DNA of 64,000 nucleotides from positions 248,001 to 312,000 of the forward strand of contig JAIVFI010000023.1 of the NCBI GenBank assembly GCA_025558095.1, in the 5' to 3' direction. The stretch comes from Hyaloraphidium curvatum SAG 235-1. Lineage: Eukaryota > Fungi > Monoblepharomycota. This document shows positions 35,560 to 49,170 of the stretch, one piece after another. Position 1 is the first letter of the stretch. Every line of letters begins with the position of its first letter. The notes under the pieces are model-generated. The model worked only from the letters and a program-made list of their open reading frames with translations. It was not told where the DNA came from and did no database searches. The position numbers and the translations under genes were made by a program.

Positions 35560-36630
35560 TCAGATGACAAGGCCCGTGAGGTCCACCTCGTTGCCCTCCT
35601 CGGGATTCATTCCCCAGTCAATGGCCTCGATCCTCCCGCCCGACGAAGCCACCCTCGCCTCCAAGGTCCTCGGCACGCCCGGCGCCTGGCGCTCCCACCC
35701 CGCGCGCACGGCTTCGAGCAGCATGTCCTCTGCGAGATGCAGCGTCCTGGCCCGCAGCCGATACCCCTCCCGCTTGATGGTCTCGAGGAAGCCCAGCAGG
35801 GTCAGGAAGTACGCCGCGCTCTCCTGCTGCGACGCGTTCATCCCCGGCGCCACCCCCGGCCGCGCGGGCAGCTCGTCGAACGCAAACGCCAGCCTGCCCT
35901 CCCCGCCGTCCGAGGCGGCCTCGGCGGCCAGGCCGTCCTTGAACGCGTTCCAGTCCAGCGCGACGGCGCCGGCGGGTGCCCAGCGGGCGCCGTCGTGCTC
36001 CTCGATCGCGAGCTCCAGGCGCACGCCGCGTTCCCAGAGGTCGGAGCGGGTGTCGAGGATGGGGATGATGGCGGCGACGGCCTCGGCGCCGTCGCCCTCG
36101 AAGGCGGCCAGCGGGGAGACGGCGGCGGCGGGGGCCCCGTCTGCCCCGGGCGGTGCAAGACCCCCGGGGACGTCCTCGTCCTCGATGGGCGGGGCCTGCA
36201 GCATGGCCTCGAGGGGCCCGGGTTCCTCCGCGTCCGCGGGCGACAGGGCGTCGATCCAGTGCACGTGCGTCGGCGGGTCCGGCCGCGGGCGCCGCTGCCT
36301 GCGCGCGGCGTGCAACTTCAGCCTATTTGCGCCGGCGGCGTCGTCGGGGTCCCCGGCCGACGGCGCCGGGGTCAGCGCGAGGCCGGTGCCGGCGCGCTCG
36401 GCGAGGAGGGGCCACCCGCCGAGCGGCGCGCCGCGGTCGTCGAACACGTCCAGCCGCAGTCGGAGCGCGCCGGGCCCTCCACCCAGCGCGATTTTCGCAC
36501 GCACGGTCTGCCTGAGCCTGAACACGCGCAGTTCCCGGTTGAGGTGCGCCGTCACCCGGAGGGGGAGAAACGGCGCCATCGCGTAGAGAACGTCGGGGTT
36601 CAGCGGCCCCGCCGGCTCCTCGGAGGCCAT
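35560..36630 (-). CDS. Hypothetical protein with a possible degenerate F-box-like N-terminus
   Basis: Long ORF with strong GC3 bias; PLNPDVLYAMAPFL..LNRELR resembles an F-box start. Confidence 0.5.
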   Translation of the reverse strand: MASEEPAGPLNPDVLYAMAPFLPLRVTAHLNRELRVFRLRQTVRAKIALGGGPGALRLRLDVFDDRGAPLGGWPLLAERAGTGLALTPAPSAGDPDDAAGANRLKLHAARRQRRPRPDPPTHVHWIDALSPADAEEPGPLEAMLQAPPIEDEDVPGGLAPPGADGAPAAAVSPLAAFEGDGAEAVAAIIPILDTRSDLWERGVRLELAIEEHDGARWAPAGAVALDWNAFKDGLAAEAASDGGEGRLAFAFDELPARPGVAPGMNASQQESAAYFLTLLGFLETIKREGYRLRARTLHLAEDMLLEAVRAGWERQAPGVPRTLEARVASSGGRIEAIDWGMNPEEGNEVDLTGLVI

Positions 36631-36769
36631 CGCTTTGCAAGCGGATTCGGAGGTCGCTCGGGGCGCAGCGGCAGAATGGCGGCCCGCCTGAAACTCCGTG
36701 GGCGGCGATATCTCGGTGGCGGCGACGGTTCGATCACGCCGCGCCCTCCCCAAACAGTCGGACTCCGCG

Positions 36770-37835
36770 ATGGCCGAGATCGGGCCGGCGATCCCGGCGC
36801 ACCTGCTAAGAAAGAGCAGTGACGACGGGGACGGCGGCGGCGGCTCCCCCGGGTCCGCCGACGGCATCGGCCCGCAGCTGCCCCCGTCGCTGAAGCGGAA
36901 GCTGGACGACCGCGACGCGTCGCCCCCGCCGAAACCCGCCGCGGAGGACAGCGACGACGACGACTACGCGCCCGCTCTGCCCCCGGACCTGGCCGACCGC
37001 CCCCCCGCGCCGAAACGCCGCGTCGCGGGGCCCACGCTGCCCCCCTCGGACTTGCCCGCGCCCTCCCCGGCGCAGCACCCGGCCTACGGCTACGCTGACG
37101 ACGATGACGTGGTCGGGCCCAGCGCGGCGTTTGCAGCCGCGGGCCCGGACGACGAGGAGGAGGCGCTGAGGAGGATGGAGGAGATCGACAGGCGCGCCAG
37201 GGCCGCCAAGGAGGCGGCGGAGGGGGGCCGGGGGAAGGAGGAGAAGCTGGAGAGGGGCGAGTGGATGCTGGTGCCGCCCGAGGCCAAGCGGTTGGGAAGT
37301 GGGTGGCTCCAACCGGCCCCCTCGGAGAGATCTGACCCTCTCCTTGCCGGCCCCGTTGTCGTACCCCCTCGTCGCCCCCCTTCTTCGTCTCCCTTACCTC
37401 TCCCCGTTCCTTCCTCCCCGTTCAGTGACGGTCGAGATGCAGAGCAGGGGCTTCTCCAAAACGACCAAGGAGTACGACCTGGACCGCTCGTCGTGGACCG
37501 ACACCCCCGCGGACAAGGAGCGCAAGTTCAAGGAGGAGCTGGCCTCCCGCGGCAAGAAAAAGGCCAAGGAGGAGGAGCCGCAGCTGACGATGCGGGACCT
37601 GGAGCAGGCGAAAATCGCCGAGGAGCTCAACAAGTCCCGCGGAAAGCCGCTGCTAGAGAGCCACACTTCTAGCTACGTGGGCTCCAGGGATTTCGAGAGG
37701 GACGACGCGTCCAAGCGCAAGTTCGACAGGGACAAGGACCTCGCGGCCCGGCGCATCGACCCGAAGAAGCGCCAGGACCTGATCAACAGCAGCCGCGAGC
37801 TGGACTCGAAGTTTGGGCGGGGCCAGTACCTCTGA
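36770..37835 (+). CDS. GPALPP1: GPALPP motif-containing protein (DUF3752), 2 exons
   Basis: IGPAIPAHL, IGPQLPP, YAPALPPDL, AGPTLPP, RGEWMLVPP, SSWTDTPADK, RGKPLLESH, RKFDRDKDL, LDSKFGRGQYL*. Confidence 0.88.
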
Positions 37836-37882
37836 CCAAAGGTGTATCGGGGGTATCGGCGCACATTACACGCACTAATCAA

Positions 37883-38549
37883 TCACACGTCATACTTGAG
37901 CCACATCATCCGCTGGAAGTCCTCGAAGCCTGCAAGGGGCATGAGACGGCGCCGGGTAGAGCTCGGCGAACGACCCACCTCCGACGTACTTGAGCTCGGC
38001 CTCGCCGCACCCCATGTACACGATCGGGCTCGTCCGATGGTCCTCCGCCCCATCGATCTCCTTCTTCAGCTCCACCAGCCGCTCCTGCCACTGCCCCCGG
38101 TGGTACGCCGACGCCAGCAGCCTCACGGGCGGGAACGGCCTCCCGTCCTTGTCCCTCGCGCTCTTCCTCCGCGTCCCCTGGATCCCCAGCTCCGCCTCGG
38201 CCTTCTCGCCGAGCTTCACCGCGGCGTTGAAGTACCCGCACCCGCGGTAGCCCTCCACGTTGAAGCACAGATCGGTCGACGGCGGCCCGCCCTTGCGCTT
38301 GCGCGCCGGGCGGGCCCGCGGGGGTCCCGTGGCGTTCCGACGGGACGGGAGTTCGTCGTCGTCCTCTGCCGGCGCGCCGCCGGGGTCGCCGAGCGGCGGG
38401 GAGAGGTTCTGCGAGCGCGAGGCGGCGACGTCCTCCACTTCGAGCTGCACGCTGTCGGGGGGCGGTGGCGCGCCCCGCCGGAGGACAAGGAAGAGGAGGA
38501 GGAGGACGGCGCCAGCGATCGCGGCTACCGGACGGGACCCGGCTCGCAT
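37883..38549 (-). CDS. Membrane-anchored protein with a glutaredoxin-like C-terminal domain, 2 exons
   Basis: Signal anchor AIAGAVLLLLFLVL; VEGYRGCGYFNAA..HRTSPIVY..KYVGG|FEDFQRMMWLKYDV* after an intron at ~37930-37979. Confidence 0.6.
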
Positions 38550-38675
38550 CGCGGCCTGATCGACGTCGTCGCTCGATCCGCGGTGCCGCCCATCTCAGCG
38601 CTTGCGCGATCGACCCCGCCCACACCGCCGACCGCTGAACGCCTCGTAGCCTGCGGAGGCTCCCGGCAGCTCAGA

Positions 38676-39438
38676 ATGCCGATCATCTACGCCGTCATTG
38701 CGCGGCAGGACGCCACCGTGCTCGTGGACTACGCCACCTCCACCGGCAACTTCCCTCAAATCTCCGCGCACATCCTGGAAAAGATACCCCCCGGCGACTC
38801 CAAGATGACCTTCGTCTACGACCGCTACCTGTTCCACTACATCGCCTCGGGCGGCGTGATATACATGGTCATGGCGGACGACCAGTTCGGGCGGAGGGTG
38901 CCGTTCGCGTTCCTGGAGGACGTGCGGGGCCGGTTCGAGGAAGAGTACGACGCGGGGAGGATCGAGACGGGGATCAACTTTGAGGATTTCGCGGACGTGC
39001 TGGCGGAGCGGGTGGTCGGTGTCCTCGCCGTGCCGAACGCGCGCCGCAGCTGAAACCCGGCTCTCAAGAACTACTTCAATTCGAACCCGAGCGCGGACCG
39101 CGTCCGGCAGGTGCAGAACGAGATTGACCAGGTCAAGGACGTCATGGTGTCCAACATCGAGAAGGTGCTGGAGAGGGGGGAGCGGATCGAGATCCTGGTG
39201 GACAAGACGGACACCCTGAACCAACGGTCGATCGAGTTCAAGAAACGCAGCGTCCAGCTTCGGAGACAGCAGTGGTGGAAGAACACGAGGGGTGGGCGCG
39301 TTTGGCCGTTTGCTGGCCTCGGTCGCTCATGTTCCGCACCCAGTCACGGTACTCGTATTCTTCACTGCGGTCCTCCTCCTCTACTTCCTCATCGCCGCGG
39401 GTTGCGGCCTCGACATGTCTCGTTGTCGCCATGGTTAG
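38676..39438 (+). CDS. VAMP7: Longin R-SNARE VAMP7, 3 exons
   Basis: MPIIYAVIAR..GNF..ILEKIP..KMTFVYDRYLFHY..RRVPFAFLEDV; SNARE motif VKDVMVSNIEKVLERGERIEILVDKT..WWKN; C-terminal TM segment and GCG. Confidence 0.93.
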
Positions 39439-39538
39439 CTCACAGCATCTGCATTATCTGAATGTACATCGTTCAATTGACATCACATCACGAAATCGCG
39501 GGAATCGACGCAGTCCGTGCCAAAGCCCAACAATCCGC

Positions 39539-40554
39539 CTACAGGAAGAAGCGACGCCTGTTCTTTTCCATGGCGGGTTTGTACTCAAACACCTTCTCCC
39601 CCGTGGCCAGCTCGAACGTGCCCTTCTGGAGCGACATGAGCTTCAGCGTGAACCGCGGCCCGAGCTCCTGCAGGTCCGCCCGCTTCCCGTCCTTGAAGAT
39701 GTACCGGTGCCTCCGGAAGAAGATAAAGTCCCGCTGGTTGTGGAACGTCGCCACCTGCCGCCCCTGGAATTCCGGCTGGTGCGGCATGAGCGCTGCGAAC
39801 ATGCGGCCGACGGTGTGCCCGAGCCGCGTGGAAAAGTTGTTGAGGATCAGCTCCGGCAGGTGCGCCGTCGCCCGGCCGTGCCCGTGGATCTGCTTCGAAG
39901 GCACTATGCTCGAGAGCCGGAACTGCGCCGTGGGCCCCTCGGGGAGGTGGATGACGGTAACGGTGTCTGCAGACGGCGTGTCAGCCACAACCCTCTCACA
40001 GGCGCATACTAACACGCACTCGGCACTTTTCGGTGCTCGCCGATGATGATGAGGTCCGTAAAGTCCCGCTTCTTGGCAATCTCCACCAGGTGCTTCACCA
40101 GGAACTGCTTCCCGCGCTTGACAAACTGCGCCGACGGGAAAATGTCGCAAAACTCCTTGCAAAACTCGTAGAGCTCCGCGGAGGGCTGCTTCGTGGTCGT
40201 CACGAGGATCTTGGGGGCCACGCCGTCCGTGAAGTAGGAGGCGAATTCGTCGTGCTCGATTTGCTGCAGGACCTGCAGCGAGCCCGCGCGTCAGCCCCGC
40301 ACGGCCGCCGCATATTCCAGCCGACCCACTTCCTCGTTGTCGCCGACAGGTTGGAAATCCGGGTCGTACTCGCGGGTGTTTTCGATGGTCCGGGGAACGT
40401 TGGCCGCCAGCCGTTGCTCCTTGAGCTCCGGGTGCTCCGCCTCATCCTTCTTCAGCTTCAGCCGCCGCGCCCGCTTCTCTTTGGCCTTCTCAACCTTCAG
40501 CTTATGGGCGACGAGCGACCTCTTCTGCTTGTTCCCGATTTTGGAGGTCTCCAT
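39539..40554 (-). CDS. RPF1: Ribosome production factor 1 (Brix domain), 3 exons
   Basis: IGNKQKR, VPRTIENTREYD, DEFASYF..PKILVTT, HLPEGPTAQFRLSS, PELILNNFSTRLG, QVATFHNQRDFIFFRRHRY, LQELGPRFTLKL. Confidence 0.95.
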
Positions 40555-40812
40555 GTTGGCGCCCAGGAAAAGCGGAAGAGTTGGCAGGAAACGTCCCAAG
40601 AGACCCGGAACCGCCGTCAAGGACCGGCAGGTCTTCAAGCAGGGGCAATTCTAAAGGACCCAGGTGGGAATTTGAGGCCCCGCCTGCCCCGATTGCCTCG
40701 GCGGAGGGCCACCAGTTTCGATTATTTGCAAGCGTCGTCTCCGATCACTCTGTTGGCCGAAGGTCCCCTCGTCCCGTCGAATTCGTGAGCTCGCCGGCGG
40801 GCCAGATCCGCG

Positions 40813-43800
40813 ATGGCCAACACGCACGTGCGGCGTGGCCGTGGCGGAGGCTTCCGGGGCGGTCGGGGCGGTGGCGGCCGGTCGTGGAATGACCGCCAGG
40901 CCGGTGGGGCGCCCCCGCCCCTCCCGCCCCGCGAGGCGGAAGATGGGGCCAATACGGCCGCCATCAGCGAAGGAGGATACCGCGATGATTTCGGGGACAG
41001 CGCCGCCGTGGACCGTCTGGAGGAGATTCGGCAGATTGACGCGATGGACCTGAAGATGGGCTTCGGGCGTTACTCGGACGGGCCGGAGAGGCTGGGCTGG
41101 CTTGTCAACATGCACCCGGTGAGGATCTTTCAGGATCTTTCGTTCCTCGTCGTCTCCGCGTGGCGGGTCATGTTTCTGGAGTCTGGGGCTGAACGACGCG
41201 TTCGCCTCGCAGACCACCGTCACAGACAAGGACGGGTCCAACAGCAGGGCCGCGTTGGATCTCTACTTCCTCGAGGATTCGGGAGAGCGCTTCAAGGCGA
41301 CGGTGCTGTACGAGCCTTACATCCTGCTGTGCTGCAAGGTGGACCTCCCGGACTCGCGGTGGCGTCCTGAAATGACCTTTGGCGCCAGGAAAACACCGAA
41401 GCTGACATCGAGGACTACCTCCGGCGGAAGTTCGATCGCCTCATCGTCAAGATGACGCGAATCAAGAAGGAAGACCTGGATTTGGCACGTCTCCCTCTCG
41501 GTGCCCTCTCTAGACGGCCGAGCTGACTCACGCTCGACAGAGCAACCACCTCCTCGGAATCCAGCGGACCGTGATCAAGCTCCAGTTTGCCAACGTCCGC
41601 GATCTTCTTTCTGTGCGGAAAGCGCTGCTTCCGGCCGTGATTCGGAACAAGGAGCGACGCAAGGGCGAGGAGGTTTACGGAGACAGCTTGGCTGCGAACG
41701 GGACCCTCGTCTATGAGCAGAACGGCGAGGCCAGCAAGATCGCCTCCAAGCTCAAAGGATTCTCGGACGCTCTCGACAACCTGGAGGACATTCGCGAGTA
41801 CGACGTCCCGTACTACGTGCGCGTCGCCATCGATTTGGGTAAGTTCCTCAGCGCAGTTCTGTCGTGCTCTTTCCCGAATGCTCTGCAGACTTCCGCGTAG
41901 GCCTGTGGTACAGCTGCATTGCCGACCCCTTGACGGATACCATGAGGATCTCGCGGCGGGACGACATCCTCCACCGTGCCGAACCGGTGGTTCTGGCTTT
42001 CGATATCGAGACCACCAAGAGCCCGCTCAAGTTTCCCGATGCGGAGATTGACTGCATCATGATGATTTCGTACATGATCGACGGCCAGGTGCGTTGTTTT
42101 GGAGCGATTTGTTGGCCTCGAAAGTGAACAAGATCCCCGCGGCAGGGCTATCTCATCACCAATCGCGAGATCGTGTCGGAGGACATCAACGATTTCGAGT
42201 ATACACCGAAACCGGAGTACGAAGGCCCCTTCACGGTCTTCAACGAAGAGAGCGAGGTGCGTGTGCCTGTCCTCACTTTCGGCGGGTCCTGACTCGATAC
42301 CGCGAGCAGAAGGCAGTCATAATGCGCTTCTTTGAGCACATCAGCGCTGCCCGGCCCACCGTCATCGCCACTTACAACGGTGACTTCTTCGATTGGCCTT
42401 TCGTCGAAGCCAGGGCAAAAGCAAACGGACTCGACATGTTCCAAGAGATTGGTGGGCCGCTTTCGGTGCCGCTCTCCGACAAAATCTGACGCAAAATCCG
42501 CAGGGTTCAAGAAGGATGAGCAGCAGGGCTTTTACCGCTCGACCTACGCCATCCACATGGACTGCTTCTGCTGGGTCAAGCGCGACAGTTACCTTCCCCA
42601 GGGTAGTCAGGGCCTCAAGGCCGTGACGTCGGCCAAGCTCTCGTACAACCCGATGGAACTCGATCCCGAGGACATGACTCGCTTCGCATCGGAGCAGCCG
42701 CACAAGCTCGCCCAGTACTCGGTTTCCGACGCCGTCGCCACGTACTACCTCTACATGAAATACGTCCACCCCTTCGTGTTCTCGCTCTGCAACATCATCC
42801 CTCTGAACGCCGACGACGTCCTGCGTAAAGGTTCGGGAACACTCTGCGAGATGCTCCTGATGGCAAGTTCGGCCCCCGATATAGCAAGCCTCCCTCTTAC
42901 ACTGATCTGCAGGTCCGGGCGTACAAGGCCAATGTGCTTATGCCGAACAAGCACATTGACGAGCGAGGGAAGACTTTCGAGGGCCACATCCTCGCTTCGG
43001 AGACCTACGTCGGAGGGCACGTCGAAGCGCTCGAAGCCGGCGTCTTCAGGTCGGATCTGGACACCAAGTTCCGCATTGGGGTGGAGCAAGTGGACCAGGT
43101 GAGTTGCTTGTCTACAATTGTGCTCTGCCGTTCCTCACGCCCCACTCGTACTAGCTTATCGCCGAGCTTGACCAAGCTTTGAAGTTCAGCATCGAAGTCG
43201 AAGCCAAAACGTCGATCGATCAGGTCGCAAACTACGACGAGGTCCGGCGCTCTCCACGGGCTGAAATGTGGCAAAGTCTGATTGCGAACATTGCAGGTCA
43301 AGGAAGCCATCCTGTCGCGTCTGCAGAATCTGCGCGAGACACCCAATCGGCTCGAGCGGCCCCTCATCTACCACTTGGATGTTGCGGCCATGTACCCCAA
43401 CATCATCCTCACGAACCGCTTACAGCCGGATGCAATCGTGGACGAGACCGTTTGCGCATCATGCGACTTCAACCGGCCCGGTTCCGACTGCCAGCGGGAG
43501 ATGACGTGGTCGTGGAGGGGGGAATACTACCCGGCCAAGCGAAACGAGGTCAACATGATCCGCAACGTCCTCGAGAACGAAAAGTTCAAGGGACGCTTCC
43601 CGGAGGACCCGATGAGGTCGTGGCACGAGCTGTCGGAGGCGGAGCAGCACAAGATGCTCGAAAAGCGCGTCGGAGACTACTCGACCAAGGTCTACCGCAA
43701 GAGGCACGAGAACCAGGTCATGCCGAAGCAGGCCACGGTCTGCCAGCGCGAGAACTCGTTCTACGTCGACACGGTGCGGAACTTCCGGGACCGCCGGTAC

Positions 43801-46800
43801 GAGTACAAGGGTATGCACAAGCAGTGGAAGAAGAAGGCCGACGATGCCGCCGAGAAGGGTGACCTCGTCGAGCTGGACCGCTGCAAGAAGATGGTCGTGC
43901 TGTACGACTCGCTGCAGCTCGCGCACAAGTGCATCCTCAATTCCTTCTACGGCTACGTCATGCGCAAGGGGTCGCGGTGGTACTCGATGGAGATGGCGGG
44001 CATCGTGTGCCTCACGGGGGCCACCATCATCCAGATGGCGCGGCAGGTCGTGGAGAAGATCGGCCGCCCGCTCGAGCTGGACACGGACGGCATCTGGTGC
44101 ATCCTGCCGGCGACTTTCCCCGAGAACTTCAGCTTCCAGCTGAAGAACGGCAAGAGCGTGCACATTTCGTACCCCTGCTCCATGCTCAACCACCTGGTGC
44201 ACGCCAAGTTCACCAACCACCAGTACCAGGATCTGGTGGATGCGGAGTCGTTCGAGTACCGGAAGAAGTCCGAGAACTCGATCTTCTTCGAGGTCGACGG
44301 CCCGTACCGCGCCATGATTCTGCCTTCGTCGACGGAGGAGGACAAGCTCCTCAAGAAGCGCTACGCCGTATTCAATGACGATGGGACCCTCGCTGAGCTC
44401 AAGGGGTTCGAGGTCAAGCGCAGGGGTGAGCTCAAGCTCATCAAGACCTTCCAAAGCGAGATCTTCAAGGTCTTCTTGGAGGGCGGCACGCTCAAGGAAT
44501 GCTACCAGGCTGTTGCTTCGGTCGCGGACCGCTGGTTGGATGTCCTGTGGGTTCTCCGTTCCCCCGCACGCTGCAGTCCGGCTGAACTTCTTGCAGCCAC
44601 ACGCGTGGAGCCGATCTGGACGACGAGGAGCTCATCGAGCTCATCTCGGAGAACCGCTCCATGTCCAAGACGCTCGAGGAGTACGGAGGCCAGAAGTCGA
44701 CCTCAATCAGCACGGCGAAGCGTCTCGCCGAGTTCCTCGGGGACCAGATGATCAAGGACAAGGGCCTGAACTGCCAGTTCATCATCTCGTCGAAGCCTGC
44801 CGGGATTCCTGTGTCCGATCGTGCGATTCCGGTCGTCATCTTCCAGACCGAGATGAGCGTGCGCAAGCATTACCTGAGGAAGTGGCTGCGGGATCCTTCG
44901 CTCAACGACTCGGACCTGGACATCCGCTCGATCATCGACTGGCACTACTACCTCGAGCGTTTCGGCTCCGTGATCCAGAAGCTGATCACGATCCCGGCGG
45001 CCATGCAAAAGGTGGAGAACCCCGTGCCAAGGGTCAAGCATCCAGACTGGCTGGCAAAGCGGGTCACGGCCAAGGAGGACCTGGTCAAGCAGCGCCGGAT
45101 CACCGACATGTTCGGACGTCCGTCGAACCAGGCCGGAGACGGTGCTGAGGACGTCGACATGGATGATGCGGACGAGGGCGCCGCAGCTGGAGGCGGCTCT
45201 CTGGACATGGAGGACATCGCCGGCGGAGGGAGCCAGGCGGCAAAGGCGGCCTCCCGCCTCATGCCTGCGCTCGCCAGGGTGACGAAGATGGCATCACAGC
45301 AAGGAAAGGACTCGCAGGCGCCGCCACCAGCCGTCGATCTCGGCCCGGTACCGGACATCAACGAGGACTACGGCGAATGGCTCGAGTACCAGAAGAAAAA
45401 GTGGAAGCAGCAGCGTGCCGAACGCGATCACCGGCGCCGGCTGTACGGCAAGGTGTCTGGCGGGCCGGGGTCCCGCCAGGTCTTTGGCGGCGGAGCGAAC
45501 GCTGGACGCATGTCCAAGTTCATCAAGCGCCAGGCCGAAACTCTCTTGAGGTATCCATGGCAGGTGCTGCACATTGCAGAGACGGATGTCCCCGGGGAGT
45601 ACCGGCTCTGGGCCCTCGTCGACCGCAACCTGCACTCCATCAAGGTCAACATTCCCCGGGTGTTCTACGTCAACAGCCGCATCCCCTACCCCGAGGAGAA
45701 GCTGAACGACCAGAAGAAGTACACCGTGACCCGGTGCGTGCGCACCTTGCCGCGCTCGCACAAGTGCGAGTACCTCTACGAGTTCGTCATGCCGGAATCG
45801 GTCTACCGCGAGAACGCCAAGCTCATCTCGAGCTTCGTGAGCCACCCTTCGATCGAGGGCGTCTACGAGATGCAGGTGCCGCTGCTGTACCGAGCCCTGG
45901 TCAGCCTTGGTGCGACCGTGCTGGTCGACAGCAGCCAGCGGGCCACGTACCTTAAGGACGGCATGGAGAAGGGGTTCCAGCTCAACCACCTGAGGCGGGA
46001 TGCATCCAGCAAGCCCTACGCCAACCTCATCCGCGATACCCGCAACTTCCTCAACTTCATGTTCCTCTACCACGCCGGCACCGAAACCCGGCACATCTTT
46101 GCGCTCTTGTCCACCGTTTCGAACCGCTGCCACATCTTTGTCGTCGACCGCACCAACCAGATGCCCAACGTGGGCAAAATGTACACGGACGTCAGGAATC
46201 GTGCCGCTGCGGGCGGAGACGACTCGCCGCCGGCGACTCAGGCTCCACAGTCCGAGGCCTTCCCCTACTTCGAAAGCCTGGACGTGAGGACTAACATGTT
46301 TGCGACGATGCGCGACGCCTGCAGGGCCATCCAGAAGGACGTCGTCGAGTACCAGCAGGGCCGCCACGGGCCGACGGTCGTGCTGATCCAATCGCCCCGC
46401 TCGCAACGCGAGCTCCTGGAGCACATCCCTGCCATTCACGAGTTTCCCAACCTCTCCATCCCCTCGCACCGGAAGGACAGCGACTTCCCCGCCCTCGACT
46501 GGCAGCGCTACGCCGCCAAGCGCATGGTCGGACACTTCCTCAACGTCGATCGGTGGCTGCGCGAACGCCTCGCCCTCGCGCGTTACGCCGATGTCCCTTT
46601 CTGCAACATCGAGAGCGACTTCCCGGTCTTCCTCAGCGACCTTTTCTACGCGCGCAAGCTCCGGAACAACGACATGCTCCTGTGGCTCTCCCTTTCGGAT
46701 CGGCCGGACCTCGGCGGCAGGGAGGCGGACGAGAACTTCTACTTCTCGGAGGAGCTGCAGAACCCCGAGATCAACGAGCCTGGGGCTTATGGCAACATCT

Positions 46801-48491
46801 GCGTGCAGCTCGATATTGCCAACCTCGCGGTCTCGTCCCTGCTACGGTCGAACCTGATCAACGTGCTTGAAGGGAGCACGGGTGCGGTCGGATTCGACGC
46901 CGTTTCGGCGTCGCTGGATGCGCACGTGAAGACGGGGCGGGAGGAGGAGGACCCCTCTGCCGAGGCGCAGGCGGCACTGGACCTGTCGAGCACCTCGGCG
47001 GACGCGCAGGCCATCTCGCCGCAGCACTTCCTCCTGCTCAAGAGCATGGTGCTCGAGTGGTCCTCGGACGTGTTCCGGACGCAGAGCAAGTTCGCGGACA
47101 TGATGCTGCAGAACGTTTTCCGGTGGCTGACGAGCTCGAGCGCCAAGCTCTACGACCCGGCGCTGTACGCCCTTGTGCAGGGGCTGATGCGCAAGGTCTT
47201 TGCGCAGCTGATCGGCGAGTTCAAGCGGCTGGGCTCGCAGATCGTCTTTGGCAGCTTCGAGAAGCTGGTGGTGGTGACGAGCAAGCCCGCGCTCGAGGAC
47301 GCGGTGCAGTACCTTCGCTTCCTATTGCGCAACATCCTCGCCAAGCCGCTGTTCGAGCTGCTCGAGGTGGTCCCGACGGCGTACTACGAGAACCTGCTGT
47401 GGATGGACGTGGCCAACTACGGCGGCATGCTGCGGCGCTTCCCGGACCCCGCCCAGATCGCGCCCGAGGATCTGCGGCCTCCGCCAGCGGCGGCGGCGGA
47501 CATGCACTGGAACATCAAGGAGTACCTCCCTCCGGCGGTCCAGAAGCAGTTCACCAACCTGGTCGCCGAGTTTGTCATCGAGCTCTTCAAGCGCAAGCTC
47601 CGGTGGGCCAAGAAGGGCCTCTCGCAGCAGATTCGGGAGCGCGCGGCGGTGGCGGCGGAGCAGGAGCTGGACAAGGAGAACCACCTGCAGGGCGCCCCGA
47701 CCGCGGACGGCCGGGTGCTCGGGGACGTGGAAGAGGAGGACGAGACGGCCGACACCGAGGTCCGGGCGCGGCGGCAGTACGTCTCGTCGGTGATTGCGCC
47801 CAAGCTGATGCAGCTCGTGGCGGACATCGAGAAGAACGTCAACCCGGCGGCCAACACGGCCGACAGCGAGGAGGACCGGCGGGCGGCGTCGTTCCCGCGG
47901 CTGCCGGGGTCGCACCTGGACCTGACCAACCCTGCGCTCGAGTTTGCAAAGACCGTCTGCGCTGCGCTCGCCCTGGACACGTCGATCGAGAAGCAGGTCC
48001 GCGTGCTCAAGAAGAACGCGCTGAAGCTGATCAACGTCGCCGAGTTTGCCCCCGAGGCGCGGTGGGAGAACCCGTGCGAGACGGTGCGGCTGCCGCGGGT
48101 CATCTGCGACTACTGCAACTCGTGCCGCGACCTGGACCTCTGCCGCGACCCGGCCTTCATGCCCGACCCGGGGAGCTCCGCCCCCGCGCCGTGGAAGTGC
48201 GCGTCGTGCGACGCCGAGTACGACAAGCGGGTGATCGAGGAGGCGCTGGTGGACATTGTCGCGCGGCGCATTGCCGGGTGGCAGATGCAGGACCTCGTGT
48301 GCCGCAAGTGCCGCACGGTCAAGGGGGACAACCTGTCGACGGTGTGCGAGCGGTGCGGGAACGAGCTGTGCTGCACGCAGAGCCGAGAGGACGTGATCCG
48401 CAAGACGAGGGTGCTGGCCAACATCGCCGAGCTGAAGCGGTTCGAGCTGCTGCAGATCGTGGCCAACTCGGTGCTCTCGAAGCTGGGGTAG
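40813..48491 (+). CDS. POL2: DNA polymerase epsilon catalytic subunit, multi-exon
   Basis: [16 protein letters not shown], Exo[62 protein letters not shown]-terminal CysA/CysB zinc motifs. Confidence 0.98.
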
Positions 48492-48654
48492 CGGGAAGGA
48501 TAGCGGGAAGGGGTGGTAGCGGGAAGGAGGGGAAGAAGACTGTATGTATCTGCTTGCACGAGGAACCATGCCGCCTCATGGCGCGCTGCCACCCAGGCCG
48601 ACCAGTTCCCAGCTCCATCCCCAGTGCACCCCGTCAATGTCCCCGGTCCCGCCT

Positions 48655-49170
48655 TCACCACTTTGCCTTTCGCCGTATTCTGTCCAGGATGGTTGCCTTT
48701 CGCACCATGCTGGCGTGTTCAAAGGCCCTGTCCTGCCGCGTGACGTGCGCCTTGCGCTGCGGGTGTTCCCGCCCCAGCGGCGCCAGCTGCATCACCACCG
48801 TCGGCGGCACGTCGAATTTCTTCGCCAGCTTGGTCGCTGTCCACGACACAGCGTCCTCCAGCCGCATCTGCCGCATTTTGTCGACCTCCTCGCGCGACAG
48901 CCGCTTCGTGTACGAGAAGCGGCGGCCCCAGCGGGTGGGCAGCGGCGGCGGCAGCTCAGCCAGGGGTGCGGGTGCGGGGTTCCTGTGGATGAAGAGCGAT
49001 CCGTCGTCGAGCTCGTGGCGCGGCGTGTTCGGGGGGATGTCGCGCGAGTAGTGCTTCGCGCGCGCCCATCGCGGGGCGGCGCGGTCCCGAAGCGGTGCCG
49101 CGCTCCGGGCGAGCGCGCAGAGGCCGCCAACGGGCCGCGCGAGGCCCAGGCGGGGGAGCAGAGTGGCCAT
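48655..49170 (-). CDS. Mitochondrial large-subunit ribosomal protein mL58 (yeast MrpL20-like)
   Basis: Presequence; LDDGSLFIHRNP..LPPPL..LSREEVDKMRQMRLED..WTATKLAKKFDV..RRKAKW*. Confidence 0.8.
   Translation of the reverse strand: MATLLPRLGLARPVGGLCALARSAAPLRDRAAPRWARAKHYSRDIPPNTPRHELDDGSLFIHRNPAPAPLAELPPPLPTRWGRRFSYTKRLSREEVDKMRQMRLEDAVSWTATKLAKKFDVPPTVVMQLAPLGREHPQRKAHVTRQDRAFEHASMVRKATILDRIRRKAKW

Noticed and set aside
1-48491. Functional cluster of cell-cycle and replication genes (cyclin B, DNA2, Dia2-like, NimA, POL2)
   Set aside because: They are interspersed with unrelated housekeeping genes; chance in a compact genome is sufficient.
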